Assembly (NCBI GenBank): GCA_035527135.1
Contig: DATLBD010000141.1
Coordinates: 1-61,803 of the forward strand
Reading direction: 5' to 3'
Source of the DNA: Methanothrix sp.
GTDB taxonomy: Archaea; Halobacteriota; Methanosarcinia; Methanotrichales; Methanotrichaceae
DNA length: 61,803 nt
The position numbers and the translations under genes are program-made. Below are positions 23,801 through 30,464 of the stretch, one piece after another. Below the pieces are notes generated by a model. The model worked only from the letters and a program-made list of their open reading frames with translations. It was not told where the DNA came from and did not search any database. Every line of letters begins with the position of its first letter. Position 1 is the stretch's first letter.

Positions 23801-24868
23801 TATCTGGGCCAGGAGATCACCGGTGCGGACTTTATCCATGAGGAGACGGAGGCGGAGGGCTTGAGTGATATGTCCACTAACCTCAGTTTCCTGGGAAAGG
23901 CCATGCTGCGGGCTGTCTCCAAGAGTGCCAACAGTGAGCTGGATTTGGATGAGGAGTACATGGGCCAGTATTCCTTGCAACGCAAGGTCCACCTGGGCGG
24001 CGTCTCCCACTTCGACAGGCCTCATCTCACACTGAACAAGACCGGGCGACTGGTGCCCGGCACTACTGCAGCCGATTACACCATCACAGTTCTTAACGAC
24101 GGTAACGCGGCCTTAGGCCCGGTCTACGTCTGGGACATATTTCCGGCTGGAACCGATTTCCTGAGTTCCTCGCTCAAGCCCGACAGGCTGCAGAAGAGCT
24201 ATGCCAACTGGTCACTGCTGTACCTGGGCATAGGCCAGTCCGTGAACATCAACCTGCGGCTGAATGTGACTGACCAGAGGGACGAACTGGTCAACTTGGT
24301 CTATGCCTCAGGAGGACATAACCGCGAGTGGGTCACGGCAGGCAACATGAGCACTATTCAATTTGGATGGCTGGAATGCTGCTCGCCGCAGATGCTCGTG
24401 GAAAAGCAGGCCAGAATCGATGCGGCGGACAGCCGGCTCATCTGGTACCGCATCCTTCTCAAAAACCAGGCCAATGTGAGCCTGGTGGCACATATCACGG
24501 ACCGCCTGCCGACGGGTTTACAGATCTTGAATGCCTCGGCACAGCCACAGGTGGAGGGACTGGATCTTGCCTGGGTAACGACGGCTATCCCTGCCGGTGA
24601 AACCAGGTTCATCGAATATCGGGCACAGGCCACGAAGAACGGCAAGTTCGTGAACACGGCCAGAGTGGAGGCCCATGCCCTGGATGGCTCGGGTGGATCC
24701 TCGACAGAGGCCAGCGCCAGCGTGCAGGTGGGCGAGGCGACATCCTACACTGAGGACGGATGGCGGCCACCTGAGTGGGGGCTGGACAGGTCGGAGATGA
24801 TATGCGACAATGAGATCGCAGGGGCATGCAGCTCCTGCCCAAGCTGTAGCTGTTCTGCTGGAGAATAA
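17822..24868 (+). CDS. giant cell-surface protein: SdrD-B-like repeats (11), lamin-tail-like domain, GEVED domain, DUF11-like domains, Cys-rich tail
   Basis: Signal peptide after GAGGTG; repeated (I/L)xGxx(F/W)xDxNGNG..E.GL..W.I.L; INEIYPNP; DYGDAP..GEVEDY; DUF11-like segments. Confidence 0.92.
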   Translation: MRRLLLLALLAMLLLASAQAKEVALAALQGNAWHDLDCDGLQDPGEPGLANVQVVLLDGSGNPLTPVQIGGLPVATQTDADGAYQFTVPSGRQYRVKFSPSSGLFFSPKDQGSDDSKDSDADPATGQTDAIATIPGQSYPGWDAGIYENEIIINEIYPNPTGSDNRDGVVSWERVELKNVGSSDCNIGQWSIEDDEGTLYTIPAGTTLPAGEYLVVHIGGYSVGISNSDGDPVILYNFARQEMERVVCPVCSKKEGLSYSCLPDASENWDFRGEPTFGGDLSETSLPGAVNAVQDYGDAPASTGTTRAQNGPRHFILGPHLGSLVDNEPDGQPGPNANGDDTTGQDDEDGVTFSNLIVGQNSTFDVTASASGILQAWMDFNGDGAFDNSVERIAIDQSLTAGEHSLSFSVPSGAEVGFTYARFRLSSSSGLSPLGPAADGEVEDYQVEIKQKYILGDRVWEDLNGDGLQDAAEPGVDSAVVNLRDEQNNLVASQTTSGGGYYEFINPLPGTYTLEFLPPQGYLFAQKDVGPDDEKDSDADPATHLAGPVTVVLDQSKSTWDAGLCHFASISGCKFEDKDGDGQRDSDEPGLKDWTITLCKPDESEITATTDENGFYSFTNLPPGSYNVNEVQQYGWVQTAPALESEGDTHYNVTLSGTNVTNKNFGNRGALSVYGTKIYDLNGNGLWDEGEPGLQGWEIQLKDGNGAIIQTITEADGAYGFTNLEPTTYIVSEVQKNFWVQTAPLESSYTLNLANGDFHDKNFTNRGTLSISGIKFSDINGNGVRDQNEPLLPDWQIQLRDNQDLLLKTVSTSNDTATLGAYTFTNLGPGVYKLTEISQNGWVQTAPPGGQHTVELVNANVEGKDFGNNRLAIYGYKFQDINGNGQKEENEPYLLGWEIKLKDGNGNEQTVTTSSEPGQEGRYSFSGLQPGAYKVSEVQKPGWVRTTPSEESYDVQLSTQAVGPVIFGNRGTLSISGMRFEDLNGNGQKDADETGLKDWTIRLQSPQIIETTTTTGQDGSYQFQDLPPGDYTISELLQSGWVQTAPPGGQHTVELVNANVEGKDFGNTRLAIYGYKFQDINGNGQKEENEPYLLGWEIKLKDGNGNEQTVTTSSEPGQEGRYSFSGLQPGAYKVSEVQKPGWVRTTPSEESYDVQLSTQAVGPVIFGNRGTLSISGMKFHDRNANGQKDEDELPLSDWEIQLRDGNGVVQTVKTSAKPGEEGRYEFVNLQPGTYTVTEEQRTGWVQTVPTEDGYTITLTNQPVRGKIFGNNMLAISGICFLDSNGNSQRDQDESPFSGWEIQLKDGSGNVLQTATTSFEPGSEGRYEFMNLAPGTYKVGEAPRAGWIRTFPQDEDHVVTLTNKRADGIDFGNRGTLSISGMKFEDLNGNGQKDADETGLKDWTIRLQSPQIIETTTTTGQDGSYQFQNLPPEDYTISELLQSGWVQTSPADGSYLVNLKDADVFERDFGNRKLIEAFQVLVTANPQMILPGQEITFTITINSQGEILPESLGAENTLPEGLKFVSSNPSPLSVTENPDGTTTLTWTGLAFGSLTAAQAAQTAESQATSLNSAPAPSPSTSITITAQAHSGAPESLTSTVVVTGSSSQAAVASATSQACVKCLKLQSVPVKLNKTSDLKEVWPGATIGYNITYTSMVNIALTDVVIVEQSSPDLIFISATPAPDTETSTVWTIGELQPHASGTISVLFLVKDAENLSFGSQSHVQGNGFMNRYRRLSTDTIPSSIQNSVSLSSKEFGSVTASNSVRLRDAKGTSILKKEHGSGNLQSEELSALAMKNKTVEVNSSLEAVYLPTAFDLPRRSLDYNSRLSSLTWTKNRATDASTSQEYRYADSLALVQQIRLDKNGTDMATEGSVLGQTHLSIRKKEPTELKHPSPIFESTEDYSGAFQFNQRLEDFGLNVKMIRNVTCLGWASSDQRLKKSQRSYEHGAGSYQSKELASTAESYIAKDLNVIYDPQYGYGKWKAGIWSKSPGQSYLGQEITGADFIHEETEAEGLSDMSTNLSFLGKAMLRAVSKSANSELDLDEEYMGQYSLQRKVHLGGVSHFDRPHLTLNKTGRLVPGTTAADYTITVLNDGNAALGPVYVWDIFPAGTDFLSSSLKPDRLQKSYANWSLLYLGIGQSVNINLRLNVTDQRDELVNLVYASGGHNREWVTAGNMSTIQFGWLECCSPQMLVEKQARIDAADSRLIWYRILLKNQANVSLVAHITDRLPTGLQILNASAQPQVEGLDLAWVTTAIPAGETRFIEYRAQATKNGKFVNTARVEAHALDGSGGSSTEASASVQVGEATSYTEDGWRPPEWGLDRSEMICDNEIAGACSSCPSCSCSAGE
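20341..21353 (+). repeat. near-identical intragenic direct repeat, ~415 bp (20341-20756 vs 20938-21353, offset 597)
   Basis: Direct comparison shows long identical runs with scattered substitutions; the protein repeats GWVQTAPPGG...GNRGTLSISGM. Confidence 0.9.
20719..22161 (+). repeat. second intragenic direct repeat, ~230 bp (20719-20952 vs 21928-22161, offset 1209)
   Basis: Both copies encode FGNRGTLSISGM.FEDLNGNGQKDADETGLKDWTIRLQSPQ...SGWVQT. Confidence 0.85.
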
Positions 24869-24877
24869 TTGAGAAAA

Positions 24878-24910
24878 AGGCCCCAGAGAGAATGGGGCCT
24901 ACCTTTTTTA
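24878..24910 (+). terminator. hairpin plus T-tract terminator after the giant gene
   Basis: AGGCCCCA/TGGGGCCT inverted repeat followed by CCTTTTTT. Confidence 0.65.
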
Positions 24911-24934
24911 TTGAGTGAATAGTATGTGTAGAGA

Positions 24935-26359
24935 TTATTCTCTGGAAATCTGCTGACCCACCATTGAATCCATAAGCGCTAGAAATTCCTCTTTGGCCTG
25001 TGGCGGTATCGTTGCGCCTGCCGCAACATTGTGCCCCCCGCCCACGCCGCCCACCGCGCGCGCACAGCGTGACAATGCATCGGCCAGGTCCAGGCCCGAT
25101 CGGACCAGGTCTCGTGTGCCTCGCGCCGAGACCTTGATCTCCCCTTCCGCAGTCCGGGCAAAGGCCAGGATGGGTCGGGAGCGATCTGCCATCTGAAAGC
25201 TCATGCCGGCTACGATGCCGACGATCGTGTCTAGAATTGCATCGCCGGCATCAAAGTACTGGATGCTCTTGAGGGGCGTGATGCCTCTTTCGCTGACCAG
25301 TTTCAGGCCGTTTACCAGATTCTGGCGGTGCTGGCCCAGCAGCCTCTGCGCTTCGCTGAAAGCCTTGTCTCTGTCGCCCATGCAGACCTGCAGACCCACA
25401 CCAGCATGACCGTAACGAGCGGTAGCATTGAGAAGAGTCGAGTACTCGCTGGCATCCCGAAGCTCCGTGCCCTCCTGCTCATCCAGAAGAACGTAAACCT
25501 CTCCAATCAGGCGTTCCAGCTTGACATTGGATATGCCGTTTCGCAGACCCTTCCGAAGAACGGCTGTGACAAAGCCGGCCTTCTCTTCCTGGGATAGATC
25601 GATCCAGCGTCGCCATTTCTCTCCGCCCAGGCGTATTCCTATCTCCTTGAGAAATGCGATGCAAGCGTCTTCATTTCCCGATAGTCCCGGCAGGTACGGA
25701 TCTTGACAGTACTGCAGCATCTTGTAGACGGGACGGGTCTGCCTGCCGAAGAGCTTGATGTCGCGGGAGAAGGAAACGGCCCCTGCCTTGGATCCGATCT
25801 CCAGGATATGGCGGTTGATGCCAACAAGATGGCCATGCGCCATGTCCTGCAAATCGCCCACTGCCCCCACCACCGCCAAAGCCGCAAGATCATCATTGCT
25901 GCCAGGAGCGGACGCCAGTGCTCGTGCCAGGAGAAGAGAGGTTCCGCTGCCGCTGAGCTGAGTTGCCCCATCCGCCCCTACCAGATGGGGATTGATGTGA
26001 GCCAACACACGGGCCTCACTGGCGACAGGCTTGTGATGATCGGCCACTACTGCAGAAAGGCCACGATCGCATATCTGCGGGATCATTCCGCTGCCAAGAT
26101 CCGTGAATATGACCAGATCGGCGCCGTGATCTGCAACCTCGTCCATTGCAGCCTCATCAAGCTGCCGAAAGAATTTTGGCTGGAAGTCTATGCCGCATCT
26201 ATCCAGGGCGGTGCAGACAATGGCCGCAGAGGTGAGTCCGTCTGCATCCACGTGCGAGACGACGAGAAGATTCTTTTTCTTCTTGATCTCCTCGGCAGGG
26301 CTCTTGCATAGCTCGCTTAGCTGTTGAAACTTCTCGGCGATCTCCTGGCAATCTTGCAT
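24935..26359 (-). CDS. archaeal RecJ/GAN-like DHH-DHHA1 phosphoesterase (ssDNA exonuclease)
   Basis: SHVDADG, TDLG, ADHH, GAVGD, SARG, GGGHNVAAG motifs. Confidence 0.9.
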   Translation of the reverse strand: MQDCQEIAEKFQQLSELCKSPAEEIKKKKNLLVVSHVDADGLTSAAIVCTALDRCGIDFQPKFFRQLDEAAMDEVADHGADLVIFTDLGSGMIPQICDRGLSAVVADHHKPVASEARVLAHINPHLVGADGATQLSGSGTSLLLARALASAPGSNDDLAALAVVGAVGDLQDMAHGHLVGINRHILEIGSKAGAVSFSRDIKLFGRQTRPVYKMLQYCQDPYLPGLSGNEDACIAFLKEIGIRLGGEKWRRWIDLSQEEKAGFVTAVLRKGLRNGISNVKLERLIGEVYVLLDEQEGTELRDASEYSTLLNATARYGHAGVGLQVCMGDRDKAFSEAQRLLGQHRQNLVNGLKLVSERGITPLKSIQYFDAGDAILDTIVGIVAGMSFQMADRSRPILAFARTAEGEIKVSARGTRDLVRSGLDLADALSRCARAVGGVGGGHNVAAGATIPPQAKEEFLALMDSMVGQQISRE

Positions 26360-26491
26360 ATCTATCGTAACTTTAAGGGTGTGTTTAATAATCTTTGGCG
26401 CAAAGCGAAACTAATCTCCAAATTATGCTTATCGCTTTCCACAATTGCCCGTTTTTCATTTTTTCCTTTTGGATCCGCTCAGGCTCCTGGC

Positions 26492-26965
26492 CTAACTGCT
26501 GTTTTGGCTGCCATTTTGTCCGCTATCATTTTGAGATGTAAGGTTTATTTTTCCGGCCCAGGTCGTTCCCAGCAGGCGGAAGCTTCCTGGGATTTTAGTC
26601 ATCTGAGGATAGTCGCGAATAGTAATCTCGTGGGCGGCAGGTGCCTTTGTAAAAAGGAACTGGTCTTCAATGGAGACGTTCTCGGAGTTGTTGCTGAAAA
26701 AGATATATTTGTTCATAACCTCTCCGGTTCCCCGCACCCTTCCTGAGGCCTGCGTGTCCTCGGTGGACCCCATTTTAAAATCGGTCATTACCGTCCCAGT
26801 GCCTTTTACGTTATGGCTATAATCAATATCCATATTTGTAGAAGCGGCATATACCCCGCCCATTACCATCGTCAGGGCCAAAATCAGCAGGGCTAGAAGA
26901 AGCAGGGCGAAGTTAAGCCGAAGCGGAAGGAAGTTCCTTTTTTTCATGGTTTCATTGCCTGACAT
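26492..26965 (-). CDS. secreted hypothetical protein
   Basis: Basic plus hydrophobic signal peptide, beta-rich mature part. Confidence 0.7.
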   Translation of the reverse strand: MSGNETMKKRNFLPLRLNFALLLLALLILALTMVMGGVYAASTNMDIDYSHNVKGTGTVMTDFKMGSTEDTQASGRVRGTGEVMNKYIFFSNNSENVSIEDQFLFTKAPAAHEITIRDYPQMTKIPGSFRLLGTTWAGKINLTSQNDSGQNGSQNSS

Positions 26966-27152
26966 GTTCTATCCAGACATAGACATGTTTCAAGCTTGAC
27001 ATGTTTCATGCCTGCCCTATCTCTATCCTTATTTAAATCTGCGGAGTATTAAGGCCCGCCCTCGAGCGGCCTTGGGATTTCAGTTTTATGTCTGATACGA
27101 CAGCCAATCAAAGGGCATTATTATATGGCCGCGAAATAAAGCAAAGATTGCG

Positions 27153-27932
27153 ATGACAGCTCAAAAGACCATGCGGACATTCAGCCAACTTGACATAGCA
27201 CCCACGGCAGCCTATATTCTGGGCTTACAGCTTCCCAGCTCAGACGGCCAGCCAATTGGTTCGGCAGTCGCCTGGGGCTGCAAAAACGTAGCGCTCATCA
27301 TTATCGACAGCCTTGGTTATGATTTATTGATGTGGCTTTTGCCCACGCTGGAGAACATGAGAACTCTCTGTAATGAAGGGCAGCTCTTCCGGGCAAAAGC
27401 CGTCTCCAATCACACCACTCCGGCAATCGCCAGCATCTTGAGCGGACTGTTGCCGGAGCACCACGGAATTTTCGATAAGGCTGGCGCTAAAGAGTCACGT
27501 ATCCTCAGCCTGCCGGAGATAGCAGCAGCGTCAGGCCAAAGGTGCGCAGTGATAATGGAGCAAAATGGAGCCGATGTTTACCAGGGTTTGATTGAGATCG
27601 TGAGCGGCATACCGGATAGCATCCCTCCCCAGGACTTTGATCGAGAGGCTTGTCGCATGACCTGTCTGGCCCTTTCAAAGCGGCCCAGACTTCTCGTCTC
27701 CTACTTCATAGGAATTGATAAGAGCGTTCACCTGGGCCAGGGCCAAGAAGGCATAAGAGAGGCAGCTTTGCTTATTGATCGCTGCATAGGTGAGATCGTA
27801 AGCATGGCAGACGATGAGACCATGTTCATCATCTGCGGAGACCATCCTATACACGCCGGGCCGCTCAAAAGAATTAGAGAGCCTTATTGCGTGGCCATGA
27901 TCATAGCAAAAGGAAGAGCACAAAAAATCTAA
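27153..27932 (+). CDS. alkaline phosphatase superfamily (phosphodiesterase/sulfatase-like) protein
   Basis: IIIDSLG, HTTPAIASILSG..PEHHG, ID..VH, GDH metal motifs. Confidence 0.8.
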   Translation: MTAQKTMRTFSQLDIAPTAAYILGLQLPSSDGQPIGSAVAWGCKNVALIIIDSLGYDLLMWLLPTLENMRTLCNEGQLFRAKAVSNHTTPAIASILSGLLPEHHGIFDKAGAKESRILSLPEIAAASGQRCAVIMEQNGADVYQGLIEIVSGIPDSIPPQDFDREACRMTCLALSKRPRLLVSYFIGIDKSVHLGQGQEGIREAALLIDRCIGEIVSMADDETMFIICGDHPIHAGPLKRIREPYCVAMIIAKGRAQKI

Positions 27933-27979
27933 CGGAGTTTCGATAAGTTTAAATGCAGCAAGCGAAATGTAGCTGTTTA

Positions 27980-28102
27980 ATGGATGAAGATCTCTCCGAG
28001 GTTTTTCAATTAATTGCCGAAGATGAACGCAAGCGCAGGTATCTTAAGGAGGTCGGCGACTGGCTTGTAGAAGAATACTTCGAACTCCGCCAAGCATCTT
28101 GA
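27980..28102 (+). CDS. unannotated 40-aa small protein (MDEDLSEVFQLIAEDERKRRYLKEVGDWLVEEYFELRQAS)
   Basis: ATG..TGA open frame; TTTAAAT box ~26 nt upstream (leaderless geometry); T-tract right after the stop; amphipathic helical sequence. Confidence 0.6.
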   Translation: MDEDLSEVFQLIAEDERKRRYLKEVGDWLVEEYFELRQAS

Positions 28103-28679
28103 ACCTTTTTTTCAATTCTTTGGTTTTGCGTTTAACGAGACTTCTTGATAGGAACTTTATGGTCAAGATTTTTTAATTAATTGTTTATTAAGTTTTTTTG
28201 ATTAATACGTTTTAATCTATTTATTATCGAATTTTATTACATCTTTATTAATTCTTAACACTTCACATTCCTGAATCGCTATCGTAACTATAATACTTAA
28301 AAATAATTCTGATGCGGCTGCACAATGGATTTTCGCCTTTCCGAGCATTTTGTGCGGCAACTTCGCGCGCATTAGTTCACAAAGTTTTTTGATATAAGGC
28401 ATATTTAGGATTAAATTTTCCAGCAATTTCCGCATCAGTAGGACATTGTGAAATGGTTTCACAAAGGCAAAAACTCCTCCGCGCATAGATACAAGATCCA
28501 CCGATAGCTATTATCATGATAGTATTCGCCCGAAATTTCTTTTCACAACAAATTATATTGCGTTTTTCCGGTCTTAAAGAAACCTTGTGAAATGCTATTC
28601 TGGATACTATTAGATCTTTATTTCGAAAAATAACTACAAATATGAGTTTTAAGCCATTAACCACAACTACCAACTATTA

Positions 28680-28693
28680 GAAAGGTTTATATA
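28680..28693 (+). promoter_or_regulatory. archaeal BRE-TATA promoter
   Basis: GAAAGG + TTTATATA (28686-28693); predicted start near 28716. Confidence 0.7.
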
Positions 28694-28715
28694 TCACAAA
28701 AACTAGGTTAATATT

Positions 28716-29678
28716 GTGCCAGAATGGCCAGACAACCTGTCTGATTACATCGAGATGGGATAAACAAAGAGGGCTTATTCGTCTGAGGGGATGGATGGAC
28801 CTTCGCAATATCTCAGCACAGTAAGGGAAGTGTATAGGGTGAATAGATCCGGAGTATCGGCACCATTCATTCCACACAAATTTGTGGAAGAGCCGCGTCG
28901 TCTGGAAGTTCACCATTGTGCAAGCATAACGTCACCGTAAGGGATGGCACGAGGAGTAGCAATGAAGGGGGAAATCGAAGGCGTTAAAGGCCTTTTCGGT
29001 ATCCAGCAAAATGCTTCACAACGATACTCTTCTCGCAGGGATGGCACAAGGGGTAGCGAAAGGGAGTTCGTATAAGATCTGGGTATTAAAGGCATCTGTC
29101 TACAGACTGTTCACTGTCGGAAAGGGACGACAAAATGGCTCTGTCTGATGCAGGCGAAAAATCCCGTGGCTTTGGCCGGTTAAATTCTCGTTGTCGGAAA
29201 GGGACGACAATGAGGATCGAAAGGGGACGGCCAAGACAAGATCGAATATGAATTGTTGGAGACAGGCTGTGAAAGCAAGGACAAAAGGACTGGACCATCA
29301 TTGAAGGGGATGGTAAGGTGTCAGCTCTCCAATGTTTAATTACAGCCTGTCTGGAAAAAGGGATGGCACGAGAATGACATTAGGTCGGATCGACCGGAAG
29401 GGAATTCATGCATAAGCTGATCCGATCCGTAGAAAACGTAGAAAAGAAAGAGTAGTTGCTAAGAGCGAGCATTTGGCTATGAGGAGGGGAAATTTGTGAG
29501 AGGGCACATTAAATTGTTTATGCTGCAGATGAACCTGGAGAAATCCAAGCAGCCAAAAAATGCTGCGATGACAGAAAACGTCTGCTTTGGAACCTGCCGG
29601 AATGCAGCTTCCTCTATCCAGCGCATATTCCTTCCTTCCTTGGAGATAATATCCGGAAGATGATCGGAGGGGGATTAA
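28716..29678 (+). ncRNA. candidate large structured non-coding RNA or ~960-nt 5' leader with repeated AAGGGA motifs
   Basis: No convincing ORF; many stems; three GAAAGGGA octamers, three GGGATGGCAC decamers; strong GGG over CCC strand asymmetry. Confidence 0.6.
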
Positions 29679-30146
29679 ATGAGAATCCGGATAGAGATAG
29701 AAGACAAGGGCCTTAAGTCCTCCCATGAGTTTGAGTCGCAAAACATGGATGGAGAGGCTTTAAGAGACAGGATTATTGGCTTTCTGTCAGCTTCCGGTGT
29801 CTTTGAGAGCAGAGGAGAGAGCATTGCCTCAGCCGCATCTGCTCGTAATTACAGTAGCGGAACGCTCATGGACCGGCTGGAAAGCTTCATTCGCTATGAG
29901 TTTTCCAATACCTGGTTTACAACCCAGGAATTAAGAGTGAAATATGAGACCGTAGCCGATGATATCAAGCTCTCCACAGTCTCTACCTATCTATCCCGCA
30001 TGAATCGCGACGGTCTGCTGGATAAGAGGGGGAACAGGAACAACCGGCAATACAGATTGATTGAGAGCATCGAGCCAGAGATGGTATCACAACATAATTA
30101 TCAGCGCCAGAATAGCTATGAGAAGAGAAGAGCAGAAAGCAGATAA
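29679..30146 (+). CDS. small winged-helix nucleic-acid-binding protein with N-terminal beta-rich domain
   Basis: GGAGGGGG SD; WFTTQEL..IKLSTVSTYLSRM..DGLLDKRG..RQYRL fits a wHTH recognition helix and wing. Confidence 0.8.
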   Translation: MRIRIEIEDKGLKSSHEFESQNMDGEALRDRIIGFLSASGVFESRGESIASAASARNYSSGTLMDRLESFIRYEFSNTWFTTQELRVKYETVADDIKLSTVSTYLSRMNRDGLLDKRGNRNNRQYRLIESIEPEMVSQHNYQRQNSYEKRRAESR

Positions 30147-30225
30147 AAAATAGCCCGACCGGAAAATATCTTATGGATCTTTCCCACCATCAAGACATCC
30201 TTTGCCATAGACATCCGGTCAGGCT
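30145..30225 (-). other. structured element with 12-bp closing stem followed by U-tract (small RNA or terminator)
   Basis: Minus strand AGCCUGACCGGA...UCCGGUCGGGCU then AUUUUUU, with internal stems. Confidence 0.45.
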
Positions 30226-30383
30226 CCTCTGCTCTAAATTAGCAATATTTTGCCGCCTTCCTAAAGCGATTTTGTGCTTGCTATTTCATACTTTATATTT
30301 TATTTTTTAAACATAATACCCTGTAGCTTGCTGTGGTTGAAAAGAAGGCATTTGGGTCAACTTAACCAGGGTTCCACTTTCAT

Positions 30384-30447
30384 GCGGCGGCGCCTTGGAT
30401 GCTCCGTCTGCTTGCAACGGGTGCGTCGCCACCGTTTCTACTCCGAC
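30384..30447. repeat. GC-rich palindromic dispersed repeat, copy 1
   Basis: GCGGCGGCGCCTTGGATGC matches 35271 at 18/19; forms a hairpin with GCGTCGCC. Confidence 0.55.
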
Positions 30448-30464
30448 TTATTATGCAGCACCGG

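Noticed and set aside
28944-29075. ~43-codon + strand ORF starting within GGGATGGCAC
   Set aside because: Its ATG is part of the repeated motif and the peptide is unremarkable; cannot be supported as coding.
28900-29400. CRISPR array interpretation of the GGGATGGCAC / GTCGGAAAGGGACGACAA repeats
   Set aside because: Repeats are short, degenerate and irregularly spaced, with no cas genes in the window.
28200-29678. Replication origin (AT-rich tract plus G-string repeats)
   Set aside because: No GTTCCAGTGGAAAC-like ORB boxes, motifs all on one strand rather than inverted around the AT-rich tract, and no orc1/cdc6 in the window. Considered unlikely, not formally excluded.
28217-29741. Six short minus-strand ORFs in the ORF track
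   Set aside because: No recognisable motifs, non-protein-like composition, and mostly antisense to the promoter-defined + strand unit.
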